Source of the DNA: Candidatus Levyibacteriota bacterium
Lineage (GTDB): Bacteria; Patescibacteriota; Microgenomatia; Levybacterales; UBA12049
Length of the DNA: 64,000 bases
Assembly (NCBI GenBank): GCA_963790825.1
Contig: CAWBPM010000002.1
Coordinates: 551,159-615,158, forward strand
Reading direction: 5' to 3'
A program made the position numbers and the translations under genes. The notes under the pieces are model-generated. The model did not search any database, was not told where the DNA came from, and was given only the letters and a program-made list of their open reading frames with translations. Of the stretch, positions 37,428 through 48,006 are shown piece after piece; position 1 is the stretch's first letter, and the number at the start of each line of letters is the position of its first letter.

Positions 37428-38639
37428 TTATTCTAATACGGAAAGTATTTTTTTCAGTTCTGCTACAAAATATTCTGCTTCTTCTATTGTATTATAGAAA
37501 GCTAGAGAAATCCGAACCGCTCCGGCTATTTTATGTGCGTTAAACCATGAATGGACGCAAAATTGTCCGGAACGCACCATGATTTGCGCGCTACTACTGA
37601 GCATCAGCGCGATTTGATGACTGTCAACCCCATCAACGTAAAACGAGAGAATACCTCCCCGTTTTTCTGCTTCCTTAGGACCAATAATATGAATTCCGGG
37701 TAGTGATTTTAATTCTTCCGTAAGATAGGAATTAAGCAGCTGTTCTTGTTTGGTTATTCGGTCGAATCCTATTTTTTCTATAAATCTCACTGCTTCGCCA
37801 AGCCCTACAATTCCGGCATAATCTTGTAATCCCGCTTCAAATTTCTCAGGCGGCGGGAGAAACTCCGCTGTTTCATAGGTTGTGGATGCTACAGTGTCTC
37901 CTCCCACCAGAAATGGCGACAATTTCTCAAGTAATTTGTATTTTCCATATAGAACTCCGGTTCCTGAAGGTCCAAGTACTTTGTGTCCTGAGAAAGCGAG
38001 AAAATCCACATCTAGAACATCCTGGACCTTTATTTTTTGGTGAGGAGCTGCCTGGGCAGCATCGACTAGAACCGGTATGTCATACGCGTGAGCAAGCTCA
38101 ATAATCTCCGGAATCGGATTTGTTACGCCATCCAGATTGGATGTATAACAGATTGAGATTAATTTTACATTTTTATCGAGACTTGCTTTAAACGCTGTAA
38201 GATCAAACGTGTTATCTGCGCGTGATGGAATAATTTTATGTATTATTCCAATTTTACGCAGTATTTGCCAGGGAATGAGATTGGAGTTATGTTCTTTATC
38301 AGAAGTTATAACTATGTCTCCACCGGTAAGGCCCAGAGAATTGGCAACCAGATTAATCCCTTCCGTCGTATTTCTTGTAAAGACTATTTCTTCCTTTTTC
38401 TTAGCCCCGATAAATTGAGCGATTTTCTCCCGTGCTTTGTCCACTTCCTCATCTACACGCTTTCCCAGGCTATGCATACTTCTCCCTCCGCATGCCGGGT
38501 ATTCTGTGTAATAACGATTTATTGCTTCAATTACCGGAAGCGGTCGCAGACTTTGACAGGCATTATCAAAATATATTAGCGGTTTCCCCGTGTGAGAACG
38601 GAGTATTGGAAAGCTGTTTCTAATATCACTGTCTTGCAT
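37428..38639 (-). CDS. sufS: Cysteine desulfurase, SufS/class II
   Basis: YFDNA, NTTEGIN, EHNSN, DAAQ, FSGHK, RSGQFC. Confidence 0.9.
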   Translation of the reverse strand: MQDSDIRNSFPILRSHTGKPLIYFDNACQSLRPLPVIEAINRYYTEYPACGGRSMHSLGKRVDEEVDKAREKIAQFIGAKKKEEIVFTRNTTEGINLVANSLGLTGGDIVITSDKEHNSNLIPWQILRKIGIIHKIIPSRADNTFDLTAFKASLDKNVKLISICYTSNLDGVTNPIPEIIELAHAYDIPVLVDAAQAAPHQKIKVQDVLDVDFLAFSGHKVLGPSGTGVLYGKYKLLEKLSPFLVGGDTVASTTYETAEFLPPPEKFEAGLQDYAGIVGLGEAVRFIEKIGFDRITKQEQLLNSYLTEELKSLPGIHIIGPKEAEKRGGILSFYVDGVDSHQIALMLSSSAQIMVRSGQFCVHSWFNAHKIAGAVRISLAFYNTIEEAEYFVAELKKILSVLE

Positions 38640-38766
38640 AATACGATTACATTGAGAATGCAACCTCTGTAAATTTATTATATCACATATATTTTTTACT
38701 TCGAATAAATAAATTATTAATGCTCTGGATGTCAGAGAACTATCGTGGTAAAATCAACTTTACAAC

Positions 38767-39930
38767 ATGCTTAAGAATACGTTTATTGTACTCATCGGCT
38801 TACTCGCAGGATGTTTCTTAAGTTTACTGCTTATTTTTCACTTTTCACTTCCTTCTCTCCCAACTCATAATTTGCCTCTATTTTCTCCTTCGCTAAAAAA
38901 ACAAGTTATCGGATTTCTTCCCTATTGGTTATTGGATAAAGCGCAGACCGATTACTCAAAATATATTACGACACTGACTTATTACGGTCTGTCAATTGAT
39001 ACTGATGGAACAATTATTAAGTATACAAGCCCCGGAGAAACAGAGCCCGGCTGGTATGCTTTGGATTCCGGCAAGCTAAATCCCTTTCTTGCTTCGGCCA
39101 AAAAAACAAATACCGATCTTTCTCTTTTGCTGTTTAGCGGAGACAAGGACAATATTCTCTCTATCATGAATGATCCGGTAACTCACGCAAATAACCTGAC
39201 CCGTGACATAGTCCCGATTATGCACCAGTTTGGATTTTCCGATTTAAATCTGGATATTGAATATACCGCTCAAGCATCCGACGCAGCACGCTTACATTTC
39301 ACTCAGTTTGCACAAACTTTAAAAAATAACCTCAGCAAAGAAAACGCGGGTACTTTGACTGTCGACATAAGTATCGATGATTTTGTGCATAAGAATCTCA
39401 TCGATCCCGCAGAAATCGGAAAAATTGCCGATCACGTAGTGGTAATGACATATGATTATCATTTTACCGACTCCTACGTTACCGGTCCGGTCGCGCCTCT
39501 AACAGGTGCAGGTACGGTTTCCGAATATGATGTAGAAACCGTAGTCCAAAAAGCGCTAAGTATTATTCCCGCGCAAAAAATACTACTCGGTGTCCCGCTT
39601 TACGGATATGAATGGGAAACGTTGGGTACAGTTCCCCGCTCAGCTGTTATCCCGGGAACCGGACTCACTGCCAGTAACACACGAGCTGAAGATTTTATCA
39701 ATTCTTGTGCAAGTTGCAGCGCAGAGCAGGATACAACTGCTCAGGAATCTTATATAATCTACAGGGATCAGGAAACCGGCACATACCATCAAATCTTCTA
39801 TCCCAACTCCGCTTCAACCCAAGCAAAAGTAGACCTGGCAAGGCAAACTAATCTCGGCGGACTGGCACTTTGGGCATTAGGTTACGAGGGGAAAACAATC
39901 CTCGAGCCAATACATGCTTATAAAAACTAA
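38767..39930 (+). CDS. Glycoside hydrolase family 18 protein
   Basis: DLNLDIEY, VMTYDYH, GVPLYGYEW, LWALGYE. Confidence 0.9.
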   Translation: MLKNTFIVLIGLLAGCFLSLLLIFHFSLPSLPTHNLPLFSPSLKKQVIGFLPYWLLDKAQTDYSKYITTLTYYGLSIDTDGTIIKYTSPGETEPGWYALDSGKLNPFLASAKKTNTDLSLLLFSGDKDNILSIMNDPVTHANNLTRDIVPIMHQFGFSDLNLDIEYTAQASDAARLHFTQFAQTLKNNLSKENAGTLTVDISIDDFVHKNLIDPAEIGKIADHVVVMTYDYHFTDSYVTGPVAPLTGAGTVSEYDVETVVQKALSIIPAQKILLGVPLYGYEWETLGTVPRSAVIPGTGLTASNTRAEDFINSCASCSAEQDTTAQESYIIYRDQETGTYHQIFYPNSASTQAKVDLARQTNLGGLALWALGYEGKTILEPIHAYKN

Positions 39931-39940
39931 CATCTGATTT

Positions 39941-40014
39941 AATTCAGAATCAAATTAAGAATGTAAAATTATAATTATAAATTAATTATGAATTCTGAAT
40001 TTTAAATTATAAGT
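39941..40014. repeat. Heptamer repeats in inverted arrangement (AATTCAG/AATTCTG type)
   Basis: AATTCAG...AATTAAG AATGTAA followed by AATTATG AATTCTG AATTTTA AATTATA. Confidence 0.65.
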
Positions 40015-40671
40015 TTATTCTACATTCCCCGTTTTGGTTCCCTCGTCAAAAATAAATTGCTGCCCTATCGTCGCAGTCATAACCGTACTTACAGAATTTG
40101 AGTCATTAAACGCAGCAGTTATTGATCCCTGCTCCACTAATGCAGTTACTCTGGGTAAAGTACTGGGAATAGTTACTTTGCTTTCTCCGCTCGTAATATC
40201 GATTATCGTATCGAGACTACGAATCGTTAGTGGAGATTTTCCGGTTTTTGTGTAATCCGCGCTGCCGGAATTTTGTGCAATAACTATGTCGGCCGGCAGA
40301 GTTTGAATAATACTCAAATCCGTATTTGCTTGTAATTGAATCGTACCAATTTTAGGAAATTCTATCGTAGCTTTTCCGTCCTTTCCAGTTATCACTTCTT
40401 CTCCCTGCTGAATAGTTTGAGGCAGAGTTATTGTTGCCGGCTCAGTCGCCACTCGCGACTCCCACTGGATGCTGCCGGAAATTGACGAAATTTCTCCCCG
40501 AATTGTTGCGCTTGGTGCGTTTGCGATTGAAAATTGCGTAGCTGTTGATACCGGTTTGATAAGATTATAGACAGTAGATTTACCAGGTATTATATGCCAA
40601 TAAACGAGAGCTACAGCCACTACAAATCCCAGGACGAGAAAAGAAAATAATAAAAGGATACTTTTCAACAT
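40015..40671 (-). CDS. FecR-domain exported protein
   Basis: I.QGEEVITGKDGKATIEF...IQLQANT.L; V.QG.I. Confidence 0.75.
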   Translation of the reverse strand: MLKSILLLFSFLVLGFVVAVALVYWHIIPGKSTVYNLIKPVSTATQFSIANAPSATIRGEISSISGSIQWESRVATEPATITLPQTIQQGEEVITGKDGKATIEFPKIGTIQLQANTDLSIIQTLPADIVIAQNSGSADYTKTGKSPLTIRSLDTIIDITSGESKVTIPSTLPRVTALVEQGSITAAFNDSNSVSTVMTATIGQQFIFDEGTKTGNVE

Positions 40672-40707
40672 ACTGCTTCGAAATTCACAAAGTTTATATT
40701 TTAGGAT

Positions 40708-41307
40708 CTAGTGCTTAGAATTTAGGATTTTTCTACATTCTATCTTAGTAATCCTAGATGCCTCTCTCTGTTTTTTGGAGTTTCTGATAGTCTTTTGGTA
40801 GAACTCTTTTGACAATAGCTTCGCGTAATTATCGACTTTCTGAATAAACTCAACTCCCAGTAAATGATCATACTCATGTTGGATTATTCGAGCGAGTAAC
40901 CCATCGCAGGTTAAAGAAAATTTCTTCCCTTTTTCATTAAATGCTTCCACAGTTATTCTCTTCGGGCGGAGCACCGGACCAAATAGACTGCCACTAATCA
41001 CGCTTCCGCAGCCTTCATAGATAATTGACTTTTCGTTTGAAAAAGAAGTAATTTTGGGATTGATAAATACCCGGCACATATCTTTTTTTCCCAGTTTTCT
41101 TGCACTGGTCGTTCTAGCATGCGTAACAAACACCAAATAATTTTCGCCAATTTGTGGCGCAGCAATACCCACCAGTTCCGTATCGTACATCGTATCAATT
41201 AAATTTGTAATAAGTTTTTTAATTTCAGGCGAAGAAAAATCGCTGACTCTTCGATTTGGAGCCCGTAATGCAGGATGACCAAGATAAACAACTCTTCTGA
41301 CTGCCAT
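40708..41307 (-). CDS. def: Peptide deformylase
   Basis: GIAAPQIG, EGC.SV, QHEYDHL.G. Confidence 0.95.
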   Translation of the reverse strand: MAVRRVVYLGHPALRAPNRRVSDFSSPEIKKLITNLIDTMYDTELVGIAAPQIGENYLVFVTHARTTSARKLGKKDMCRVFINPKITSFSNEKSIIYEGCGSVISGSLFGPVLRPKRITVEAFNEKGKKFSLTCDGLLARIIQHEYDHLLGVEFIQKVDNYAKLLSKEFYQKTIRNSKKQREASRITKIECRKILNSKH

Positions 41308-41328
41308 TTGAGCAATTATAGCACAAGC

Positions 41329-41991
41329 CTAGTGGTCGATTTCCGGATATTCTCTTTGAATAAGACTTCTGAGTAAATCCAATCTCTCTTGTGGTCTATA
41401 TTTATTAAGAAGTGCCAATGGACGTCCTGAATGAGAACTCAATTGGAATTTTGAAACTGCACGCTGATAGCTCTTATCCCCTGCTTCATATTCACTTCCC
41501 ATAAACTGTAAAGGTAAATCGATATCTATTCTTACTGTCGATATTTTCCCTCTATCTTCCTTTGGCAATGCTCGGGACAGCTCTACCATATACAATCCTC
41601 TTCTCAAGGTAGTAATAATTTCTGCGGGAAGATTATCATCATCATGCGAAGGATTATCAATCAACATTGATCCGTCTCGCTGCGGAATATAGTATACTTC
41701 TCTAGGTCTAGCGTTAACAGCACCTGAATTTATCCCTTTTTCCGCACGAAGAAAAATACCAAATGGAAACTTAATCCAATTAATATCATACGTATCAATA
41801 AACGCAGAAGTTATGAGAGAATAATATCTGTCTACCGGTACTGTAGGACGGGTAACCCGAATTGTTGAACGACCTCCGTTTAAGAAAAGCTCAACTGACT
41901 GTATATCAGGATTTTCAGTTTCATATCTTCTAAACTCAGAAATCGTAAATCCAGAATCTGGAATACGAGCAGGTTGATTTTCTTGTACCAT
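41329..41991 (-). CDS. Hypothetical protein (start revised to MVQENQP)
   Basis: ORF with TATACT just upstream of the ATG. Confidence 0.65.
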   Translation of the reverse strand: MVQENQPARIPDSGFTISEFRRYETENPDIQSVELFLNGGRSTIRVTRPTVPVDRYYSLITSAFIDTYDINWIKFPFGIFLRAEKGINSGAVNARPREVYYIPQRDGSMLIDNPSHDDDNLPAEIITTLRRGLYMVELSRALPKEDRGKISTVRIDIDLPLQFMGSEYEAGDKSYQRAVSKFQLSSHSGRPLALLNKYRPQERLDLLRSLIQREYPEIDH

Positions 41992-42063
41992 ATGCAAGGA
42001 GTATAGCAATTATGATTGTAATAATCAACTATAGGTTGTTTTGTGGGGTTTCTATTGAAGAGC

Positions 42064-42360
42064 TTATTTTCTTTTTCGCGGTATTCCTCTTCGAGGTTTT
42101 GGTTGTGCTTCACGAAGTGTTGCGTTCCAAACGCCACAATTAATTCCCTCCATAAACGCACCTAAAACAAACGCAGAAATTTCTTTTTTTCTTTCATCTC
42201 CGGTTCTGTCAAATTCATCGAGAGCTTTCTTTGCTAACTGATCCAAACCACCTACCATTGTTTGATACACTCCCGCAGTGGCCGGGCTGGCATACATAAC
42301 ACCATGTCTCCTCCTTGGTTTTCTTGCTTCCTCCCCAAGATCTGTCTTGATTTTTTCCAT
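42064..42360 (-). CDS. Hypothetical protein
   Basis: Follows 42372-42581 in an apparent two-gene operon. Confidence 0.55.
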   Translation of the reverse strand: MEKIKTDLGEEARKPRRRHGVMYASPATAGVYQTMVGGLDQLAKKALDEFDRTGDERKKEISAFVLGAFMEGINCGVWNATLREAQPKPRRGIPRKRK

Positions 42361-42371
42361 TTTTATGATAA

Positions 42372-42581
42372 TCAACCTCTACGCATCTCTTCTAATGTTT
42401 TACGAAGTCGTGACCTTGATTTCGCAACAAGATGTTCCAGTTGTGGATTGCCGCCCAAGCTTTGACTTATCTCGACTGCTTCTTGTTGCACCCGGGCTGT
42501 TCGCATTGCAGCCAGTGATTCTTTTATTCGCACTCTGTTTGTTTCACTAAGATTAATTGGTTTTTCTGCTTCAACACTCAT
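42372..42581 (-). CDS. Small hypothetical helical protein
   Basis: TATAAT upstream; charged helical composition. Confidence 0.55.
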   Translation of the reverse strand: MSVEAEKPINLSETNRVRIKESLAAMRTARVQQEAVEISQSLGGNPQLEHLVAKSRSRLRKTLEEMRRG

Positions 42582-42694
42582 AGCATTTTTCTTCTGGCAG
42601 AATTATATAATATTGTTATTCTATTTACAATGATCTTAAGTTCGATAGGAAAAATTGATGAATCAGGACAAATAGGGTAAAATAGATATTCTGT

Positions 42695-44113
42695 ATGAAA
42701 AAGTTCCTGGCAGCTTTTATTATTATAGTTTTTATTGTCTTTTTGATTGTCCACACGTGGGTAAAAGGCATCCAAACCAAAATTTTTATTCCCCAGAAAA
42801 CTACAGCAGCCTCGGCTCCGTCTCTTGCCAATACTTTCCAAAGCAATACACCGTTTAATTTGGTCTTACTCGGCTACGGCGGCGGAAATCATGACGGAGC
42901 ATATCTAACTGACTCGATTATTGTTCTCCACATTGACCCAATGCAAAAAAAGATTACGCTTATTTCTGTTCCCCGCGATATTTGGACGAAAATTCCGACA
43001 TCCATGACAAGTGGTACATACATGAAGATAAATGCAGCCTACGAGGTAGGCTTAGACAATGATACCTATCCAAATAAAGCACCGGAATATCAAGAAGCGG
43101 ATGGCGGCGGGCACTTGGCAGAGTATGTAATCGGACAAGTTATTGGTCTTCCGATTCATAATTTCGTTGGCATGGATTTTACCGGATTTGAAAAAACTAT
43201 CGATACTTTGGGGGGCGTGGATATTAATGTTGAAACAGCCTTTAATGACAATCAATATCCGATAGAAGGAAACGAAGATAATACCTGCGGCAGGAGCGAT
43301 ACAGACATAGCAACACTTTCGGCAGCGCTTGCCAGTCCTTCAGCGACAATTACCGAGCTTGATGCGTTTCCTTGCCGGTATGAGGATCTTCACTTTGCTC
43401 AGGGTTTACAACACATGGACGGCGCTACTGCCCTGAAGTATGTTCGCTCCCGCCATTCCGTGCAGGACGGGACAGATTTTGGCAGGTCGAAAAGGCAAAG
43501 GAACTTGCTCGTAGCCGTAAAGGAGAAAATCATGTCTATCGGCTTTTTACCCAAAGCGATTCCTTTTATCTCATCCTTGCAAGATGACCTGCAGACCGAT
43601 CTTACACCTGACGATGTCAGCATTCTTATCGAAAGAGCAAATGATTTAAATAAATATTCTATTCAAAATCTGGCAATTACAGATCAGAATTTTCTTGTGG
43701 ATTCTTTTTCTCAGGACAACCAAGCAGTTCTTATAGCGAAAGCCGGACAGGATAACTGGACACAGATTCATAACTGGATACAATCTTATATCGATCCGAA
43801 TTACACTATTTCCAATCCCATTATTCAAATTGAGAATGGCACCGGGACTTCGGGACTTGCCGAAATAGCAAGTAAGGAAGTAAGCAAAGAGGGATACACT
43901 GTTTTAGATCCGACTACTGCAGCAATAAAACAGGATAAAACAACGATAACAGTTTTTAAGCGGAAAATTGATAAAAAAGTCTTGACTAAATTAGAATCAG
44001 AATTTTCAGTGAAAGATATCCAAACAGGATCATCAGGAGATCAAAACTACGATATCTTGATTACACTGGGCAATTATTACACTTCGCAAGCAAAAAGTAC
44101 CATAAGCAAATAA
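42695..44113 (+). CDS. LCP family cell-wall polymer ligase with LytR C-terminal domain
   Basis: LTDSII, SVPRD, KINAAY, ALKYVRSRH, DFGRSKRQ; IENGTG.SGLA. Confidence 0.93.
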   Translation: MKKFLAAFIIIVFIVFLIVHTWVKGIQTKIFIPQKTTAASAPSLANTFQSNTPFNLVLLGYGGGNHDGAYLTDSIIVLHIDPMQKKITLISVPRDIWTKIPTSMTSGTYMKINAAYEVGLDNDTYPNKAPEYQEADGGGHLAEYVIGQVIGLPIHNFVGMDFTGFEKTIDTLGGVDINVETAFNDNQYPIEGNEDNTCGRSDTDIATLSAALASPSATITELDAFPCRYEDLHFAQGLQHMDGATALKYVRSRHSVQDGTDFGRSKRQRNLLVAVKEKIMSIGFLPKAIPFISSLQDDLQTDLTPDDVSILIERANDLNKYSIQNLAITDQNFLVDSFSQDNQAVLIAKAGQDNWTQIHNWIQSYIDPNYTISNPIIQIENGTGTSGLAEIASKEVSKEGYTVLDPTTAAIKQDKTTITVFKRKIDKKVLTKLESEFSVKDIQTGSSGDQNYDILITLGNYYTSQAKSTISK

Positions 44114-44266
44114 CACTTTACCCATCTGCCATCTTTATTGTTCATATAACCAATTATAATTCGTAATCTATAAGTTCCCCACGCATTCAACCAGATTAAA
44201 TAGGAGCCAATAAAAAGGAACCACATCACCCGAATAGGACAATAGACCTTCTGGTATAATAAATTC

Positions 44267-44614
44267 ATGAAAAAGAAGTTTAAGAAATATAGATTTTTTA
44301 ATTTACCGAATAAATTCACTCCTTTAGAACAGTATTTTTATTACTTAAAAGAGCTTGATGTAATTCCGAATAAAATCCCATCTAAAATTATAGAAAAAAT
44401 ATTTATAAATATATCTAAGGATTATTTAGAAGGATATTTAGATTACAATCTTTATTCATTTTTAATAGAAAATTTATATAGTAACTATATGTTAGGCACC
44501 ATTAACATAGACAAAAACATAGAAAATCTTATCGACGTAATAGTAGGAGATGAAGAAAACGAAAAAGAAGAAAATGTTAAGAAAAGACTTAAAAGCACAA
44601 AGATCAAATTCTAA
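44267..44614 (+). CDS. AT-rich orphan protein
   Basis: TGGTATAAT 6 nt before the ATG; very low GC. Confidence 0.55.
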   Translation: MKKKFKKYRFFNLPNKFTPLEQYFYYLKELDVIPNKIPSKIIEKIFINISKDYLEGYLDYNLYSFLIENLYSNYMLGTINIDKNIENLIDVIVGDEENEKEENVKKRLKSTKIKF

Positions 44615-44639
44615 CTAAATAAGCTTAAAAAGTTAACTA

Positions 44640-45602
44640 TTAGTACGGGCTAAACTCGTTTTGCTGGAGCCAATCGAGAAGAAATGCTCCCGTTCTTCTG
44701 CTCGGACGAAGCCGAAAGAGAAAATAACGGTTACCGAGAGTTTGCTCTACGCCGGGAACAGTTGAAACAGATGTCGTAAATCCGGCATCTTTTACCACGT
44801 CAACAGCCTGCTCATCAAACGAACCATTCGGATACGCGAATGAAACCACATGAATATGATACTTATCTTCCAGCATGGTTTTACTTGTATCAACTTCATA
44901 TTTAACTTCGGAAAGTGGTAGTCCTTTGAGGGAAATATGATGAACTGTATGGGCACCAATATCGACAAGTCCGCTATCCCGAACTGCTTCTATCTCCTGC
45001 TTGGTCATGAAATCAGATCCACCAATGAAGCCTGGGATAATATACGCGGTTGCTTTTACGTGATATTTTTTCAGGATTGGCAGAACATCTGAATAAAAAT
45101 CCCAATGTCCGTCGTCAAAGGTAAGGAGAATCGGATTATTTGGTAATGCTATTTTCCCGTCAAGTACGTCTCCGAGCTCCTTGGCTGTCATAAATGTATA
45201 CCCACCATCACGAAGAGTTTTTATCTGAGATTCAAAAATATCCGGATCAACATTGAGAGACTGTCGGATTGTATCCCTCTTGTCTTGTACATATTCGACG
45301 TAATGATACATGAGAATCGGAACACGAAGAACTGCTGTAGGAGTAATCTCCGCTAATTTCCGTTTTATTTCTCTTGGAAGACGTTTTACTTCCGATCTTA
45401 ACGTTTCCACGACCGGTTTCGGATTCTCCCGTCCGGAGAATGCCCTGAACAAAAAGAATGAGATACCTGTCAAAACAATAAGTACAACCAGAAGAATCGG
45501 CAAGTATTTTTTATACTTTCTATACCTGGAAATCTTTTTAACCTTTAATCTTTTGCTATTTTTTGTACTTTTTTTACTTTTTTTTACAATTTTCTTTTTC
45601 AT
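44640..45602 (-). CDS. Polysaccharide deacetylase (CE4)
   Basis: PILMYH, LTFDDG, GAHTVHH, FAYPNG. Confidence 0.93.
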   Translation of the reverse strand: MKKKIVKKSKKSTKNSKRLKVKKISRYRKYKKYLPILLVVLIVLTGISFFLFRAFSGRENPKPVVETLRSEVKRLPREIKRKLAEITPTAVLRVPILMYHYVEYVQDKRDTIRQSLNVDPDIFESQIKTLRDGGYTFMTAKELGDVLDGKIALPNNPILLTFDDGHWDFYSDVLPILKKYHVKATAYIIPGFIGGSDFMTKQEIEAVRDSGLVDIGAHTVHHISLKGLPLSEVKYEVDTSKTMLEDKYHIHVVSFAYPNGSFDEQAVDVVKDAGFTTSVSTVPGVEQTLGNRYFLFRLRPSRRTGAFLLDWLQQNEFSPY

Positions 45603-45709
45603 GGAAAAAACGGGTAGGCATAGCATAAAATACTTGAGGCTATTTTGCAAGAAGCATTCTCGACCTTTAAGCGTTTTCTAATCAATCTTTATCCAGGGTT
45701 TATGTTGTT

Positions 45710-46173
45710 TTAATACCAACCTTTATCAGGGAGATTTACCGGGGATTCGCCAGGCTTTGGCTTGATATACACCAGTCTTCCCATAACACCCTCCACAATG
45801 GCTTTAACAAAAGGCACGTCTCTATGCGCCGTATCTTTGGGAAGAATACTGGCAGGAACAAATAAGGGAGTCTTTTCGCCTTTTTGATTAATCAGTAAGC
45901 CACCTTCCCTGAAATATATAGTCGCCGGGAATACGTTTTCTAACAAATCCCTATCTGCATGGGAATCAGCAGAATTATAAACAGCAGTTTTTTCAATGCC
46001 GATGAAGGAAACCACCCTGTTGCTTGTTCATTCGCTCCCCACTCCAGTTTGCTGGGAGTAGAAACTTGCGAACCATATTCATTAAATCCTGTCAATGGCG
46101 AGATTTCAAGTTTTGGGTCTATACCCTTACAAGGAATCAATTTCCAGGTTGGTATTTTAAATTCTTTTGCCAT
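45710..46173 (-). pseudogene. Orphan gene broken by a 1-bp deletion
   Basis: Adding one G at the GGG run (plus-strand CCC 46015-46017) joins ...EQATG to VVSFIGIEK...; own TTGACA/TATAAT promoter. Confidence 0.6.
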
Positions 46174-46277
46174 AATAGGTGTTAATTATATATAGGAATT
46201 TTTGCTTGTCAATATTAGTGAGTAAATCTAAGATGAGTAGTTAGACAATTATTTTTCTAACCTGTATACTGGTAAAT

Positions 46278-47081
46278 GTGTCTATGGACGATGCGATTGT
46301 TCAGGTTACTAATTTAACGAAAAAATTTAAAGAATTTACTGCGGTTGATAATATTTCTTTTTCAGTACCAAGGGGGGAAATCTTCGCCTTTTTAGGACCA
46401 AACGGAGCCGGAAAAACCACGACTATTAAAATGCTGACGACGCTCCTTGTCCCGACTTTTGGAACAATTCTCGTTAACGGTTATAACGCGGTCACACAGC
46501 AGCATAATGTACGGAAATCGTTTGGCATTGTTTTCCAGGATCCAAGCCTCGAAGATGAGCTAACTACCTTCGAAAATATGGAATTTCACGGGGTACTGTA
46601 CAGTATCCCAAAAATTGAAAGAAGAAAAAGGATTCAGGAATTATTAACATTCGTAGAACTTTGGGAAAGAAAAGACAGTTTAGTGAAGACGTTTTCAGGC
46701 GGCATGAAACGTCGTCTTGAGATTGCCAGAGGACTTCTCCATCATCCGAAAATATTTTTTCTTGACGAACCGACGCAAGGACTTGATCCGCAAACACGAA
46801 ATCATATTTGGACATATCTTCGAGATTTAAGTAAAGATGAAGGTATTACGATCTTTTTTACGACACATTATTTGGAAGAAGCGGAAGAATACGCCGGCAG
46901 GATAGCGATTATGGATCATGGACACATTGTGGCTGAAGGAACTGTTGCAACACTTTTGCAACAAACTAAAAAAGAAACGCTTGAAGAGGCATTCCTTACG
47001 CTTACCGGCAGCGATATTAGGGACGAAGGCGCAAGCGGCTTAGAAATGATGCGAAGACACAGACAAATGCGGGGAAGATGA
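46278..47081 (+). CDS. ABC transporter ATP-binding protein (DrrA-like)
   Basis: GPNGAGKT, FSGGMKRR, LDEPT, TTHY. Confidence 0.96.
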   Translation: MSMDDAIVQVTNLTKKFKEFTAVDNISFSVPRGEIFAFLGPNGAGKTTTIKMLTTLLVPTFGTILVNGYNAVTQQHNVRKSFGIVFQDPSLEDELTTFENMEFHGVLYSIPKIERRKRIQELLTFVELWERKDSLVKTFSGGMKRRLEIARGLLHHPKIFFLDEPTQGLDPQTRNHIWTYLRDLSKDEGITIFFTTHYLEEAEEYAGRIAIMDHGHIVAEGTVATLLQQTKKETLEEAFLTLTGSDIRDEGASGLEMMRRHRQMRGR

Positions 47082-47085
47082 AAGT

Positions 47086-47186
47086 AATTCAGAATTTAAA
47101 ATTCATGGTTCAGAATAAATTGAGAAATTTTTTAATTCTTCGTTCTAAATTGAATTTTGAATTTTAAACTCTAGATTCTAAATTCT
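47086..47186. repeat. Heptamer repeats in inverted arrangement
   Basis: AATTCAG AATTTAA AATTCAT GGTTCAG...AATTTTG AATTTTA AACTCTA GATTCTA AATTCTT. Confidence 0.7.
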
Positions 47187-47188
47187 TT

Positions 47189-47932
47189 ATGAATGCTATT
47201 TATATACTTTGGCTTCGGGAATTGAAACGGTACTACCGTTCCCGTTCCCGTATGATCGGCTCTTTAGGACAGCCGTTGTTATTTTTATTGGCGCTTGGCT
47301 TCGGTCTTGGCCCGGTTTTTCAAAAAGCAGGGCAAGGTAGCTATTTTCAATTTCTAGGCCCTGGCGTTATCTGCATGAGTATTCTTTTTACCGCAATTTT
47401 CTCAGGGATTCAAGTTATTTGGGATAAACAATTTGGATTTCTGAAAGAAACACTTGTGGCTCCGGTTCCCAGGCTTAATATTATGCTAGGGAAAACACTT
47501 GGAGGTGCAACTATCGCGACGTTTCAGGGAATTGTTGTTTTTTTTCTGGCAGTTCTCTTCGGTTTTCATCCGGAGTTGTCGCTTATTCCCCTGACTCTTC
47601 TCTATATGCTTCTCACCGCAGTCTTTTTCACCGGACTTGGTATTACAATCGCCTCGCTCCTTGAAGACATCAACGGATTTCAAATTATTATGAATTTTTT
47701 AGTTCAGCCATTATTTTTTCTTTCCGGAGCACTCTTTCCACTTGGCAATTTACCAAAAGTTATCGATATTGTCACGTCGTTTGATCCACTGACCTATGGG
47801 GTTGACGGCATTCGCGGTAGCCTGACTGGTATTACTCATTTCGGACTCACTTTTGATCTCGGAATTTTGCTTGTTCTCACTATATGTATTTTAACAATCG
47901 GCGCATATTTCTTCTCCAAGATACAAATCTAA
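47189..47932 (+). CDS. ABC-2 type permease (DrrB-like)
   Basis: WDKQFGFLKETLVAP, FLSGALFP, PLTYGVD. Confidence 0.95.
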   Translation: MNAIYILWLRELKRYYRSRSRMIGSLGQPLLFLLALGFGLGPVFQKAGQGSYFQFLGPGVICMSILFTAIFSGIQVIWDKQFGFLKETLVAPVPRLNIMLGKTLGGATIATFQGIVVFFLAVLFGFHPELSLIPLTLLYMLLTAVFFTGLGITIASLLEDINGFQIIMNFLVQPLFFLSGALFPLGNLPKVIDIVTSFDPLTYGVDGIRGSLTGITHFGLTFDLGILLVLTICILTIGAYFFSKIQI

Positions 47933-48006
47933 TATTTATTATTCTGCAAAAACCCGAAGCTTGATATTCTATTTTCTTCGAATACTATTTTTACTATAAT
48001 ATACCG

